64,000 nucleotides of DNA from Octopus sinensis (Eukaryota), in NCBI RefSeq assembly GCF_006345805.1, contig NC_042997.1, forward strand, positions 202,616,001 to 202,680,000, read 5' to 3'. The notes below the pieces were generated by a model that was not told where the DNA came from, did not search any database, and was given only the letters and a program-made list of their open reading frames with translations. The translations under genes were made by a program, and so were the position numbers. Of this stretch, positions 25,529-39,000 are shown piece after piece. Position 1 is the stretch's first letter. Each line of letters begins with the position of its first letter.

Positions 25529-28500
25529 TCAGTACTAATAATAGCCAATTTTTTTATCACTTGTCAGCAGTACCAGAAACTGGACAACATAAATTACTAG
25601 AATCTCAAAAAGATTTTTTTTTTAAAATTCAACAAACAGCATAGAAAGCCTTGAATTTTTTGCTGCAATGTCCTGATAGAATGTCAAAGTTGTTGGCACT
25701 GTTAGTTACGCATCTATATATACAACAAGAATTATAGTTTTATTTCTTCCAAAGACATGGAAATCTGTTTTCAGAGGAAATGGAAATGTGACAAAATATT
25801 TTCATTTCATTAATTGATATTTAATAAAGAAGACTAGTTTCAACCTGTTACCATAGAAACCCTATCATTCACTCAGCTTGCAAACTATGAGTAGTGGCTG
25901 CATCAGTATTCCAGGCACACATTGGCCCCCATAAAAGTGTTGGCTATTTACTGGTACTGATGGTTGCAGAGCCAGTTAAGATTATTAAACAATATCTAAT
26001 TCCCTGCTTTTACTTATGTCTTTCTAATTCTTCTAGGGTCAGTCAGTCTTATTTTAATGATCCTTCTGACATCAGTTGAATAACTTCTAGTGATTGATTT
26101 AATTATTTATATTGTGTTTGTTTGTAAAAAAAGGACTTGTCTCAACAAAAGAATCTGAAATATTCTTTTGAAATAATGACATAAGTGGGTGATTCTTAAT
26201 TTTTTTTCCCCACAATTCAAAAAAATTTTAATTTTAGTTTGATAGTGTTTGGTAATTATGAATGGGTAAGAAAGTAACCTAAAAAAAGTAATATCTTTTA
26301 TTTTTCCTTATACAGACACATTCCTTTCTCATTAAATTGGGAAAGGTCCTATAAATTTTTCATTTCATTTTCTTTAAAACTATTCAAAAGGATTATTTTT
26401 CTTCCCTTTTATGCTTGCATTGAAACAGAATTTCTTAGAAAATTTCATTTGAGTATATGGTCAAAAAGTTGATTTGAGGAGGAAAAAGAAACATTATTGT
26501 TGCTGGAATATTTAAATTTCTGTGAATGTCTATTTATTTTGGTTGTATGACTTTTTTTAATGATTTTGTTATTTTTTAAAAATTATTCGTACATAATATA
26601 AGTGAGTGTAGATTTGAATAATTATGGGTATTAGTTGAATGTGCACCAAATGCTGATAAGTTACCATTTGTATAGCATTATATTATTAAAGATAATCTTT
26701 ACAAATACAGAAATACATTTTTTTATTGAAGGCAGTTCTTTGCTCCCTTCAATTTAGAACATTTTACAGCTATCATTTATGCATAGTATTGGTTTATCAA
26801 AAAATTCGTGAGAGAACACAGTATTTCAAAATTTACACCTGCATCTTTTATCCAATATCTTCACTCTTGCTGATTTGCTGTTCAACAACAACCAAGAAGG
26901 AACAAATGCAGATATCTCACAGCGACAGGAGAAAGGTCTACTTAAATTGTTACCATAAGGTAATCTGTTACTGGACAATGTTTTTTTTTTCTATTTTCTG
27001 CAGGCAGACGATACATCTTTGTTACACTGCTAAACAGGCCACATCTTGGACATTACATAATGCTACAGTTGCATGGCTGGTCTGTTGCGTGCGCTGATCT
27101 GGAACCAATGCACATCATGAACAGCTTGAAGGCATTTCCATCTGCAGCTACTGTGGCTGTGCTGTATCTGAAAAGAACATCTTCATCTTCCTCCGACTAG
27201 TGAGTGATAAAAAGATAATGATGACCGAGCATTTAGCTACTATTCTTTTACACAACCGTCTATACAAACAATTTCATCAGCTATTGGTGGTGCACATTTA
27301 ACAAAAACTATTACAAATGCATGCCTTAAAACATGTTTTAAATACAAGCCTTAACTTTTCTGTTGGTGGGTTATCGAATTGATTGAAACATCTTCATAAA
27401 ATATTAGCTCTCAATCTATAATCTAATACCGATTACATTCAGATTTCTTTTTGCAATTTCTGTAATACTTCAGTTATAATTCTTTGATCCACCATGTCAA
27501 AGGTAAAGGCTTGTATTGCTAAGTTTACAAACTAAGGAATAACAAGGATTTTTTTTCTTATCTAGTTAAAACTTAACACACTGACTTAAATACAGCTACA
27601 ATGATGTTTTTTTTTTCTTTATTGTATGTCCGTGTGTGTGTTTTTTTTTTAATGAATATTATCTAATAATATACTTTTGTCTTCAGCTGGATTAGATGAC
27701 ACTGAAAACTGTTAATTACTCCTCTAATTAAAAAGAAAAATCTACTTATATTTAGAACAGCGTATTACTTTCATACTACAAATAACTTATTATTGTATTA
27801 CTTATTTTGAATTTTTTATAGTTTTATAGAACCAAGACTGAAAGCTTGATAAATTATTGAGTGATGATCGTTGATAGCTTTGATCTATTATTCAGATAGA
27901 AATCTTACCTCAACCTCTCTTTAGAATTTGTTTTCTACACCACAACAGATTGTTATTGAAAATTAAGTCTCAACATTACACTTACATCACTAATTAACAT
28001 CAATAAATGGCAAATACATACATTGTTTGATAGGAAAGTTACTTTGTATACACTGAATAGCATTTACCAGCTAGACTACAAGTTGGAATTCCAGAATAAC
28101 CTCATTTAATACTTAGATAAATGCACTTCTTTCTTTCTGTATCAACATCAGGAGGTCATTTTATCTTTCCTCACACATTATCATATGGTCATTAGATTGT
28201 TCATTTTCCATGCTAGCATGGTTTAGATGAATATATAATTGAGGCATTGTTTTGCAAGGGGGTACCTTTCCTGTTGCTAACCCTTACCTGTTTTGCAAGT
28301 AAAGGATCTCTTATTCCATATGCCTTCAAAGGTGCAAAGCAACAAACCATCTGCTAATTGGTTTGTTGACAGGGCAAAATACAATATCACTGCTTATAGT
28401 TTTTGATATTTAGAGAAATACAAATGTAAATAAGCTCATGAACACATGCACACATTCGCATACATGCATGTGATGAGCTTCTTTCACTTTCTGTCTGCCA

Positions 28501-30089
28501 AATTCACTCACATGTAGACAACATTTGTCCAAGGTACTGTGAAACCACTTGGAAAGAGAACTTCTTGGACAACATGGTCATGCCTATGGCTTATGGTTGT
28601 GTGACCACATTCTGAAATGATACTAAAAACTCCCTGCATGAAGCAGTCTTAGTTAATCTTTTTGGTGACAGTGATGTTTGTGAAAATGTTCACTAAGCAT
28701 TTCAGTGTTTTGGAATAAGAACTTAGTTACCATCCCATGTCCCTTCACAGTTATTGTTGAAGCTCCATAGCAACCCTAATTAAACAGACATTTCTTCAGA
28801 GGCTTTTCAGTTATGATCATTCTGACTTTTTTCTCAGACACATCACACCTGGGGTCACATTATTCAATGTATTCTTTAGCTACTGTTTTGAGCAAGTCAA
28901 AAATCTAGAACTGTCCCTCATTCTTCTTCACAATATTATACTCCCAATCCGGAGGATGTGGTGCTTCAGGAAAAATGTGCAAATGCTACTGGGCTTTATT
29001 TATCAAGGGCCCGTGTTGGTATATTATGTGAGGTCCAACAAAATTGAAGTTATGCAGTACCTCTAAACTTGCTGTAGCACACTACATAAGTAAAATATAG
29101 ATACAGAAAAGCTAATATGGTTCCTTAATTGATAGATTAGGGTTGATGATCAGAAAATTCAAGACCCACTTTTTTAATGAAATGCTTGGGATCAGAACTT
29201 GAGTATTTGGAATTAATACAGAACTGAAATCAGTAAACTGCATTTTAACATATACATTCCTCACTTTTAAATAGGTTGCTACCTAGTGAAAGGCATTTAA
29301 AAGTGTGTCCTTTAAGGACCTACTCACATCAGCAAACACCAAGCTTAGATATATTTTCAATACCTAACCAACCAAAGCATTTTACTTTAGTTTGAACATA
29401 TTCATGCCATCTCGGGAATGTAATTAGTCCCCATTTGAAATGTAATTTGTCTTTATCTCAGAAATATAGATAGTCCTCATCGCAGAAACATAGTTCTCAC
29501 CCTAGAATTATAGGTAGTCCACATTTCTCTAAAATAGTCCTTATCTCACTAATATAGTTAGTTCTCATTTCTGGAATATAGCGAATCTGTTTCAGAAGCT
29601 ATAGATGTAATCTTCATCTCAGAAATGTAGTTAGTCATCTTTTTAGATATTTTTCCCTTCTCATATGAATATCATTAGACTTCTCAGAAATATTGTTGTC
29701 CTCATTTTAGAAACATCTCAGTAATCTAGATAATATAGTTGTCTTTATTTCATAAGTGTATATTTAGTTCTCTCAGCCATATAAGTTTGTCCTTTTCTTA
29801 GAAATATAGTTAGTTCACATGTCAGATATACTGTTAGCCCTTCCCTCAGAAGTATAGTTTGTTTTTCTCTTAGAAATATAGTTATCTATTCTCTTAGAAA
29901 TATAGTTAGCCATTCTTTCGGAAACTTAGCTGTTCTCTGAAATATAGCTATTCTTTCTCTCAGAAGTATAATTCTCTTAGCAATACAGTTAGTCCTTTTG
30001 TGTGAAATATTGTCAGACCTTCTCTCAGAAATATAGTTATTCCTTCTCTTAGAAATAGAGTTATTCCTTTCTTTTAGAAATTGAGCTAG

Positions 30090-33000
30090 TCCTCCTCAGA
30101 AATATAATTTGCTCCCGTCTTAGAAATACAGTTAGTCCTTTTGTTAGAAATATTATCAAACCTTCTCTTAGAAATACAGTTAGTCCTTCTCTCAGAAATA
30201 CAGTTAGTCCTTCTCTCAGAAATACAGTTAATCCTTCTCTCAGAAATACAGTTAGTCCTTTTCTCAGAAATACAGTTAGTCCTTCTGTTAGTCCTTTTCT
30301 CAGAAATATAGTAAGTCCCTCTCTTAGAAATACAGTTAGTCCTTCTCTCAGAAATACAGTTAGTCCCTCTGCTAGAAATACAGTTAGTCCTTCTCTCAGT
30401 ACTACAGTAAGTCCCTCTCTTAGAAATACAGTTAGTCCTTCTCTCAGAAATACAGTTAGTCCCTCTCATAGAAATACAGTTAGTCCCTCACTCAGAAATA
30501 CAGTTAGTCCCTCTGCTGAAATACAGTAAGTCCTTCTCTCAGAAATACAGTTAGTGCCTCTCTTAGAAATACAGTTAGTGCCTCTCTTGGAAATACAGTT
30601 AGTCCCACTCTTGGAAATACAGTTAGTCCTTCTCTTAGAAATACAGTTAGTCCCTCTCTTGGAAATACAGTTAGTCCTTCTCTTAGAAATACAGTTAGTA
30701 CCTCTCTTGGAAATACATTTAGTCCTTCTCTTAAAAATACAGTTAGTCCCTCTCTCAGAAATACAGTTAGTCCTTCTCTCAGAAATACAGTTAGTCCTTT
30801 CCTCAGATATACAGTTAGTCCCTCTCTTAGAAATACAGTTAGTCCTTTTCTCAGAAATACAGATAGTCCTTCTCTCAGAATACAGTTAGCCCTTCTCTCA
30901 GAAATACAGTTAGTCCCTCACTCAGAAATACAGTTAGTCCCTCTGCTAGAAATACAGTAAGTCCTTCTCTCAGAAATACAATTAGTCCCACTCTTAGAAA
31001 TACAGTTAGTCCCTCTCTTGGAAATACAGTTAGTCCTTCTCTTAGAAATACAGTTAGTCCCTCTCTTGGAAATACAGTTAGTCCCTCTTTCAGAAATACA
31101 GTTAGTCCTTCTCTCAGAAATACAGTTAGTCCCTCACTCAGAAATACAGTTAGTCCCTCTGCTAGAAATACAGTAAGTCCTTCTCTCAGAAATACAATTA
31201 GTCCCTCTCTTAGAAATACAGTTAGTCCCTCTCTTGGAAATACAGTTAGTCCTTCTCTTAGAAATACAGTTAGTCCCTCTCTTGGAAATACAGTTAGTCC
31301 TTCTCTTAGAAATACAGTTAGTCCCTCTCTTGGAAATACAGTTAGTCCTTCTCTCAGAAATACAGTTAGTCCTCTCAGAAATACAGTTCGTCCTACTCTC
31401 AGAAATACAGTTAGTCCCTCTCTTAGAAATACAGTTAGTCCCTCTCTTAGAAATACAGTTAGTCCTTCTTTTTGAAATATAGTTAGTCCTTTTCTCAGAA
31501 ATATAGTAAGTCCTTCTCTTAGAAATACAGTTAGTCCTTCTCTCAGAAATACAGTTAGTCCCTCTGCTAGAAATACAGTAAGTCCTTCTCTCGGTACTAC
31601 AGTAAGTCCCTCTCTTAGAAATTCAGTTAGTCCTTCTCTTAGAAATACAGTTAGTCCCTCACTCAGAAATACAGTTAGTCCCTCTGCTAGAAATACAGTA
31701 AGTCCTTCTCTCAGAAATACAGTTAGTCCCTCTCTTAGAAATACAGTTAGTCCCTCTCTTGGAAATACAGTTAGTCCTTCTCTTAGAAATACAGTTAGTC
31801 CCTCTCTTGGAAATACAGTTAGTCCTTCTCTTAGAAATACAGTTAGTCCCTCTCTTGGAAATACAGTTAGTCCTTCTCTTAGAAATACAGTTAGTCTTTT
31901 CCTCAGATATACAGTTAGTCCCTCTCTTAGAAATACAGTTAGTCCCTCTCTCAGAAATACAGTTAGTCCTTTTCTCAGAAATACAGATAGTCCTTCTCTC
32001 AGAATACAGTTAGCCCTTCTCTCAGAAATACAGTTAGTCCTTCTCTCAGAAATACACTTAGTCCTTTTCTCAGAAATACACTTAGTCCTTCTCTCAGAAA
32101 TACACTTAGTCCTTCTCTCAGAAATACACTTAGTCCTTCTCTCAGAAATACAGTTAGTCCTTCTCTCAGAAATACAGTTAGTCCTTCTCTCAGAAATACA
32201 GTTAGTCCTCTCTTTAAATACAGTTAGTCCTCTCAGAAATACAGTTAGTCCTTCTCTTAGAAATACAGTTAGTCCCTCTCTTGGAAATACAGTTAGTCTT
32301 CTCTTAGAAATACAGTTAGTCCCTCTCTTAGAAATACAGTTAGTCCCTCTCTTAGAAATACAGTTAGTCCTTCTTTTTGAAATATAGTTAGTCCTTTTCT
32401 CAGAAATATAATAAGTCCTTCTCTTAGAAATACAGTTAGTCCTTCTCTCAGAAATACAGTTAGTCCCTCTGCTAGAAATACAGTAAGTCCTTCTCTCAGT
32501 ACTACAGTAAGTCCCTCTCTTAGAAATTCAGTTAGTCCTTCTCTTAGAAATACAGTTAGTCCCTCACTCAGAAATACAGTTAGTCCCTCTGCTAGAAATA
32601 CAGTAAGTCCTTCTCTCAGAAATACAGTTAGTCCCTCTCTTGGAAATACAGTTAGTCCTTCTCTTAGAAATACAGTTAGTCCCTCTCTTGGAAATACAGT
32701 TAGTCCTACTCTTAGAAATACAGTTAGTCCTTTCCTCAGATATACAGTTAGTCCCTCTCTTAGAAATACAGTTAGTCCCTCTCTTAGAAATACAGATAGT
32801 CCTTCTCTCAGAATACAGTTAGCCCTTCTCTCAGAAATACAGTTAGTCCTTCTCTCAGAAATACACTTAGTCCTTCTCTCAGAAATACACTTAGTCCTTC
32901 TCTCAGAAATACAGTTAGTCCTTCTCTCAGAAATACACTTAGTCCTTCTCTCAGAAATACACTTAGTCCTTCTCTCAGAAATACACTTAGTCCTTCTCTC

Positions 33001-36000
33001 AGAAATACAGTTAGTCCTTCTCTCAGAAATACAGTTAGTCCTTCTCTCAGAAATACAGTTAGTCCTTCTCTCAGAAATACAGTTAGTCCCTCTCTTAGAA
33101 ATACAGTTAGTCCCTCACTCAGAAATACAGTTAGTCCTTCTCTTGGAAATACAGTTAGTCCCTCTCTTGGAAATACAGTTAGTCCCTCTCTTAGAAATAC
33201 AGTTAGTCCTTTTCTCAGAAATACAGATAGTCCTTCTCTCAGAATACAGTTAGCCCTTCTCTCAGAAATACAGTTAGTCCTTCTCTCAGAAATACAGTTA
33301 GTCCTTCTCTCAGAAATACACTTAGTCCTTCTCTCAGAAATACAGTTAGTCCTTCTCTCAGAAATACAGTTAGTCCTTCTCTCAGAATACAGTTAGTCCT
33401 TCTCTCAGAAATACAGTTAGTCCTTCTCTCAGAAATACAGTTAGTCCTTCTCTCAGAAATACACTTAGTCCTTCTCTCAGAAATACACTTAGTCCTTCTC
33501 TCAGAAATACAGTTAGTCCTTCTCTCAGAAATACAGTTAGTCCTTCTCTCAGAATACAGTTAGTCCTTCTCTCAGAATACAGTTAGTCCTTCTCTTAGAA
33601 TATAGTTAGTCCCTCACTCAGAAATACAGTTAGTCCTTCTCTTAGAAATACAGTTAGTCCCTCTCTTGGAAATACAGTTAGTCCTTCTCTCAGAAATACA
33701 GTTCGTCCTACTCTCAGAAATACAGTTAGTCCCTCTCTTAGAAATACAGTTAGTCCTTCTCTCAGAAATACAGTTAGTCCTTCTCTCAGAAATACAGTTA
33801 GTCCTTCTCTCAGAAATACAGTTAGTCCTTCTCTCAGAAATACAGTTCGTCCTACTTTCAGAAATACAGTTAGTCCTTCTCTTAGAAATATAGTTAGTCC
33901 TTCTCTCAGAAATACAGTTAGTCCTTCTCTCAGAAATACAGTTAGTCCTTCTCTTAGAAATACAGTTAGTCCCTCTCTCAGAAATACAGTTAGTCCTTCT
34001 CTCAGAAATACAGTTAGTCCTTCTCTCAGAAATACAGTTAGTCCTTCTTTCAGAAATACAGTTAGTCCTTCTCTCAGAAATACAGTTCGTCCTTCTCTCA
34101 GAAATACAGTTAGTCCTTCTCTCAGAAATAGTTAGTCCTTCTCTCAGAAATACAGTTAGTCCCTCTCGTATAAATACAGTTAGTCCTTCTCTCAGAAATA
34201 CAGTTAGTCCTTCTCTTAGAAATACACTTAGTCCTTCTCTCAGAAATACAGTTAGTCCCTCTCTCAGAAATACAGTTAGTCCTTCTCTCAGAAATACAGT
34301 TAGTCCTTCTCTCAGAAATACAGTTAGTCCATATCTCAGAAATACAGTTAGTCCCTCACTCAGAAATACAGTTAGTCCTTCTCTCAGAAATACAGTTAGT
34401 CCTTCTCTCAGAAATACAGTTAGTCCTTCTCTCAGAATACAGTTAGTCCTTCTCTCAGAAATACAGTTAGTCCTTCTCTCAGAAATACAGTTAGTCCTTC
34501 TCTTAGAAATACAGTTAGTCCCTCACTCAGAAATACAGTTAGTCCCTCACTCAGAAATACAGTTAGTCCTTCTCTCAGAAATACAGTTAATCCTTCTCTC
34601 AGAAATACAGTTAGTCCTTCCCTCAGAAATACAGTTAGTCCTTCTCTCAGAAATACAGTTAGTCCTTCTCTCAGAAATACAGTTAGTCCCTCTCTTAGAA
34701 ATACAGATAGTCCCTCTCTTGGAAATACAGTTAGTCCAATCTCTCAGAAATACAATTAGTCCTTCTCTCAGAAATACAGTTAGTCCTTCTCTCAGAAATA
34801 CAGTTAGTCCTCTTAGAAATACAGTTAGTCCCTCTTACAGAAATACAGTTAGTCCCTCTCTCAGAAATACAGTTAGTCCTTCTCTCAGAAATACAGTTAG
34901 TCCTTCTCTCAGAAATACAGTTAGTCCTTCTTCAGAAATACAGTTAGTCCTTCTCTCAGAAATACAGTTCGTCCTACTTTCAGAAATACAGTTAGTCCTT
35001 CTCTTAGAAATATAGTTAGTCCTTCTCTCAGAAATACAGTTAGTCCTTCTCTCAGAAATACAGTTAGTCCTTCTCTTAGAAATACAGTTAGTCCCTCGCT
35101 CAGAAATACAGTTAGTCCTTCTCTCAGAAATACAGTTAATCCTTCTCTCATAAATACAGTTAGTCCTTCTCTCAGAAATACAGTTAGTCCTTCTCTCAGA
35201 AATAGAGTTCGTCCTTCTCTCAGAAATACAGTTAGTCCTTCTCTCAGAAATAGTTAGTCCTTCTCTCAGAAATACAGTTAGTCCCTTTCTTATAAATACA
35301 GTTAGTCCTTCTCTCAGAAATACAGTTAGTCCTTCTCTTAGAAATACACTTAGTCCTTCTCTCAGAAATACAGTTAGTCCCTCTCTCAGAAATACAGTTA
35401 GTCCTTCTCTCAGAAATACAGTTAGTCCTTCTCTCAGAAATACAGTTAGTCCATCTCTCAGAAATACAGTTAGTCCCTCACTCAGAAATACAGTTAGTCC
35501 CTCACTCAGAAATACAGTTAGTCCTTCTCTCAGAAATACAGTTAGTCCTTTTCTCAGAAATACAGTTAGTCCTTCCCTCAGAAATACAGTTAGTCCTTCT
35601 CTCAGAAATACAGTTAGTCCTTCTCTCAGAAATACAGTTAGTCCCTCTCTTAGAAATACAGATAGTCCCTCTCTTGGAAATACAGTTAGTCCAATCTCTC
35701 AGAAATACAATTAGTCCTTCTCTCAGAAATACAGTTAGTCCTTCTCTCAGAAATACAGTTAGTCCTCTTAGAAATACAGTTAGTCCCTCTCTTAGAAATA
35801 CAGTTAGTCCCTCTTTCAGAAATACAGTTAGTCCCTCTCTTAGAAATACAGTTAGTCCCTCTCTCAGAAATACAGTTAGTCCTTCACTCAGAAATACAGT
35901 TAGTCCTTCTCTCAGACATACAGTTCGTCCTACTTTCAGAAATACAGTTAGTCCTTCTCTTAGAAATATAGTTAGTCCTTCTCTCTGAAATACAGTTAGT

Positions 36001-39000
36001 CCTTCTCTTAGAAATACAGTTAGTCCCTCTCTCAGAAATACAGTTAGTCCTTCTCTCAGAAATACAGTTAGTCCTTCTCTCAGAAATACAGTTAGTCCTT
36101 CTTTCAGAAATACAGTTAGTCCTTCTCTCAGAAATACAGTTCGTCCTTCTCTCAGAAATACAGTTAGTCCTTCTCTCAGAAATAGTTAGTCCTTCTCTCA
36201 GAAATACAGTTAGTCCCTCTCTTATAAATACAGTTAGTCCTTCTCTCAGAAATACAGTTAGTCCTTCTCTTAGAAATACAGTTACTCCCTCTCTTAGAAA
36301 TACAGTTCGTCCTTCTCTCAGAAATACAGTTAGTCCCTCTCTTGGAAATACAGTTAGTCCCTCTCTCAGAAATACAGTTAGTCCCTCTTTCAGAAATACA
36401 GTTAGTCCCTCTTTCAGAAATACAGTTAGTCCCTCTCTTAGAAATACAGTTAGTCCCTCTCTCAGAAATACAGTTAGTCCTTCTCTTAGAAATACAGTTA
36501 GTCCCTCTCTTAGAAATACAGTTCGTCCTTCTCTCAGAAATACAGTTAGTCCCTCTCTCAGAAATACAGTTAGTCCTTCTCTCAGAAATACAGTTAGTCC
36601 CTCTCTTGGAAATACAGTTAGTCCCTCTCTCAGAAATACAGTTAGTCCCTCCCTTAGGAATACAGTTAGTCTCTCTCTCTCTCAGAAATACAGTTAGACC
36701 TTCTTTCTGAAATATAGTTAGACCTTCTTTCTGAAATATAGTTAGTCCTTTTCTCAGAAATACAGTTAGTCCTTCTCTCAGAAATACACTTAGTCCTTCT
36801 CTCAGAAATACAGTTAATCCTTCCCTCAGAAATACAGTTAGTCCTTGTCTCAGAAGTACAGTTAATTCTTCTCTCAGAAATACAGTTAGTCCTTCTCTCA
36901 GAAATACAGTTCGTCCTTCTCTCAGAATACAGTTAGTCCTTCTCTCAGAAATACAATTAGTCCTTCTCTCAGAAATACAGTTCGTCCTACTCTCAGAAAT
37001 ACAGTTAGTCCTTCTCTCAGAAATACAGTTAGTCCTTCTCTCAGAAATACAGTTAGTCCATCTCTCAGAAATACAGCTAGTCCCTCTCTCAGAAATACAG
37101 TCCTTCTCTCAGAAATACACTTAGTCCTTCTCTCAGAAATACACTTAGTCCTTCTCTCAGAAATACAGTTAGTCCTTCTCAGAAATACAGTCCTTCTGTC
37201 AGAAATACAGTTAGTCCTCCTCTCAGAAATACAGTTAGTCCTTCTCTCAGAAATACAGTCCTCTTTCAGAAATACAGTTAGTCCTTCTCTCAGAAATACA
37301 GTTAGTCCTTCTCTCAGAAATACAGTTAATCCTTCCCTCAGAAATACAGTTAGTCCTTCTCTCAGAAATGCAGTTAGTCCTTCTCTTAGAAATTCAGTTA
37401 GTCCTTCTCTCAGAAATACAGTTAGTCCTTCTCTCAGAAATACAGTTAGTCCTTCTCTCAGAAATACAGTTCGTCCTTCTCTCAGAATACAGTTAGTCCT
37501 TCTCTCAGAAATACAGTTCGTCCTTCTCTCAGAAATACAGATAGTCCTTCTCCCAGAAATACAATTAGTCCTTCTCTCAGAAATACATTTTGTGCTTCTC
37601 TCAGAAATACAGCTAGTCCCTCTCTCAGAAATACAGTTAGTCCTTCTCTCAGAAATACAGCTAGTCCCTCTCTCAGAAATACAGTTAGTCCTTCTCTCAG
37701 AAATACAGTTAGTCCTCTCATAAATACAGCTAGTCCCTCTCTCAGAAATACAGTTAGTCCTTCTCTCAGAAATACACTTAGTCCTTCTCTCAGAAATACA
37801 CTTAGTCCTTCTCTCAGAAATACACTTAGTCCTTCTCTCAGAAATACAGTTAGTCCTTCTCTCAGAAATACACTTAGTCTTTCTCTCAGAAATACAGTTA
37901 GTCCTTCTCAGAAATACAGTCCTTCTTTCAGAAATACAGTTAGTCCTTCTCTCAGAAATACAGTTAGTCCTTCTCTTAGAAATACAGTTAGTCCCTTTCT
38001 TAGAAATACAGTTAGTCCCTCTCTTAGGAATACAGTTAGTCCTTCTCTCAGAAGTACAGTTAGTCCTTTTCTCAGAAATACAGCTAGTCCCTCTCTCAGA
38101 AATATAGTTAGTCCTTCTCTCAGAAATACACTTAGTCCTTCTCTCAGAAATACAGTTAGTCCTTCTCTCAGAAATACACTTAGTCCTTCTCTCAGAAATA
38201 CAGTTAGTCCTTCTCTCAGAAATACACTTAGTCCTTCTCTCAGAAATACACTTAGTCCTTCTCTCAGAAATACACTTAGTCCCTCTCTCAGAAATACACT
38301 TAGTCCTTCTCTCAGAAATACACTTAGTCCTTCTCTCAGAAATACACTTAGTCCTTCTCTCAGAAATACAGTTAGTCCTTCTCTCAGAAATACAGTTAGT
38401 CCGTCTCTCAGAAATACACTTAGTCCTTCTCTCAGAAATACAGTTCGTCCTTCTCTCAGAAATACACTTAGTCCTTCTCTCAGAAATACAGTTAGTCCCT
38501 CTCTTGGAAATACAGTTAGTCCCTCTCTCAGAAATACAGTTAGTCCCTCCCTTAGGAATACAGTTAGTCTCTCTCTCTCAGAAATACAGTTAGACCTTCT
38601 TTCTGAAAATAGTTAGTCCTTTTCTCAGAAATACACTTAGTCCTCTCTCTCAGAAATACAGTTATCCTCCCTCAGAAAACAGTTAGTCCTTGTCTCAGAA
38701 GTACAGTTAATTCTTCTCTCAGAAATACAGTTAGTCCTTCTCTCAGAAATACAGTTCATCCTTCTCTCAGAATACAGTTAGTCCTTCTCTCAGAAATACA
38801 GTTAGTCCTTCTCTCAGAAATACAATTAGTCCTTCTCTCAGAAATACAGTTCGTCCTACTCTCAGAAATACAGCTAGTCCCCCTTCAGAAATACAGTTAG
38901 TCCTTCTCTCAGAAATACAGTTAGTCCTTCTCTCAGAAATACACCTAGTCCCTCTCTCAGAAATACAGTTAGTCCTTCTTTCAGAAATACAGTTAGTCAT

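Noticed and set aside
26880-27200. Cys/His-containing ORF resembling a piggyBac C-terminal domain, with a 44-nt GT-AG mini-intron
   Set aside because: Cys spacing is incomplete, no TIRs or catalytic motifs, and the spliced product hits a stop.
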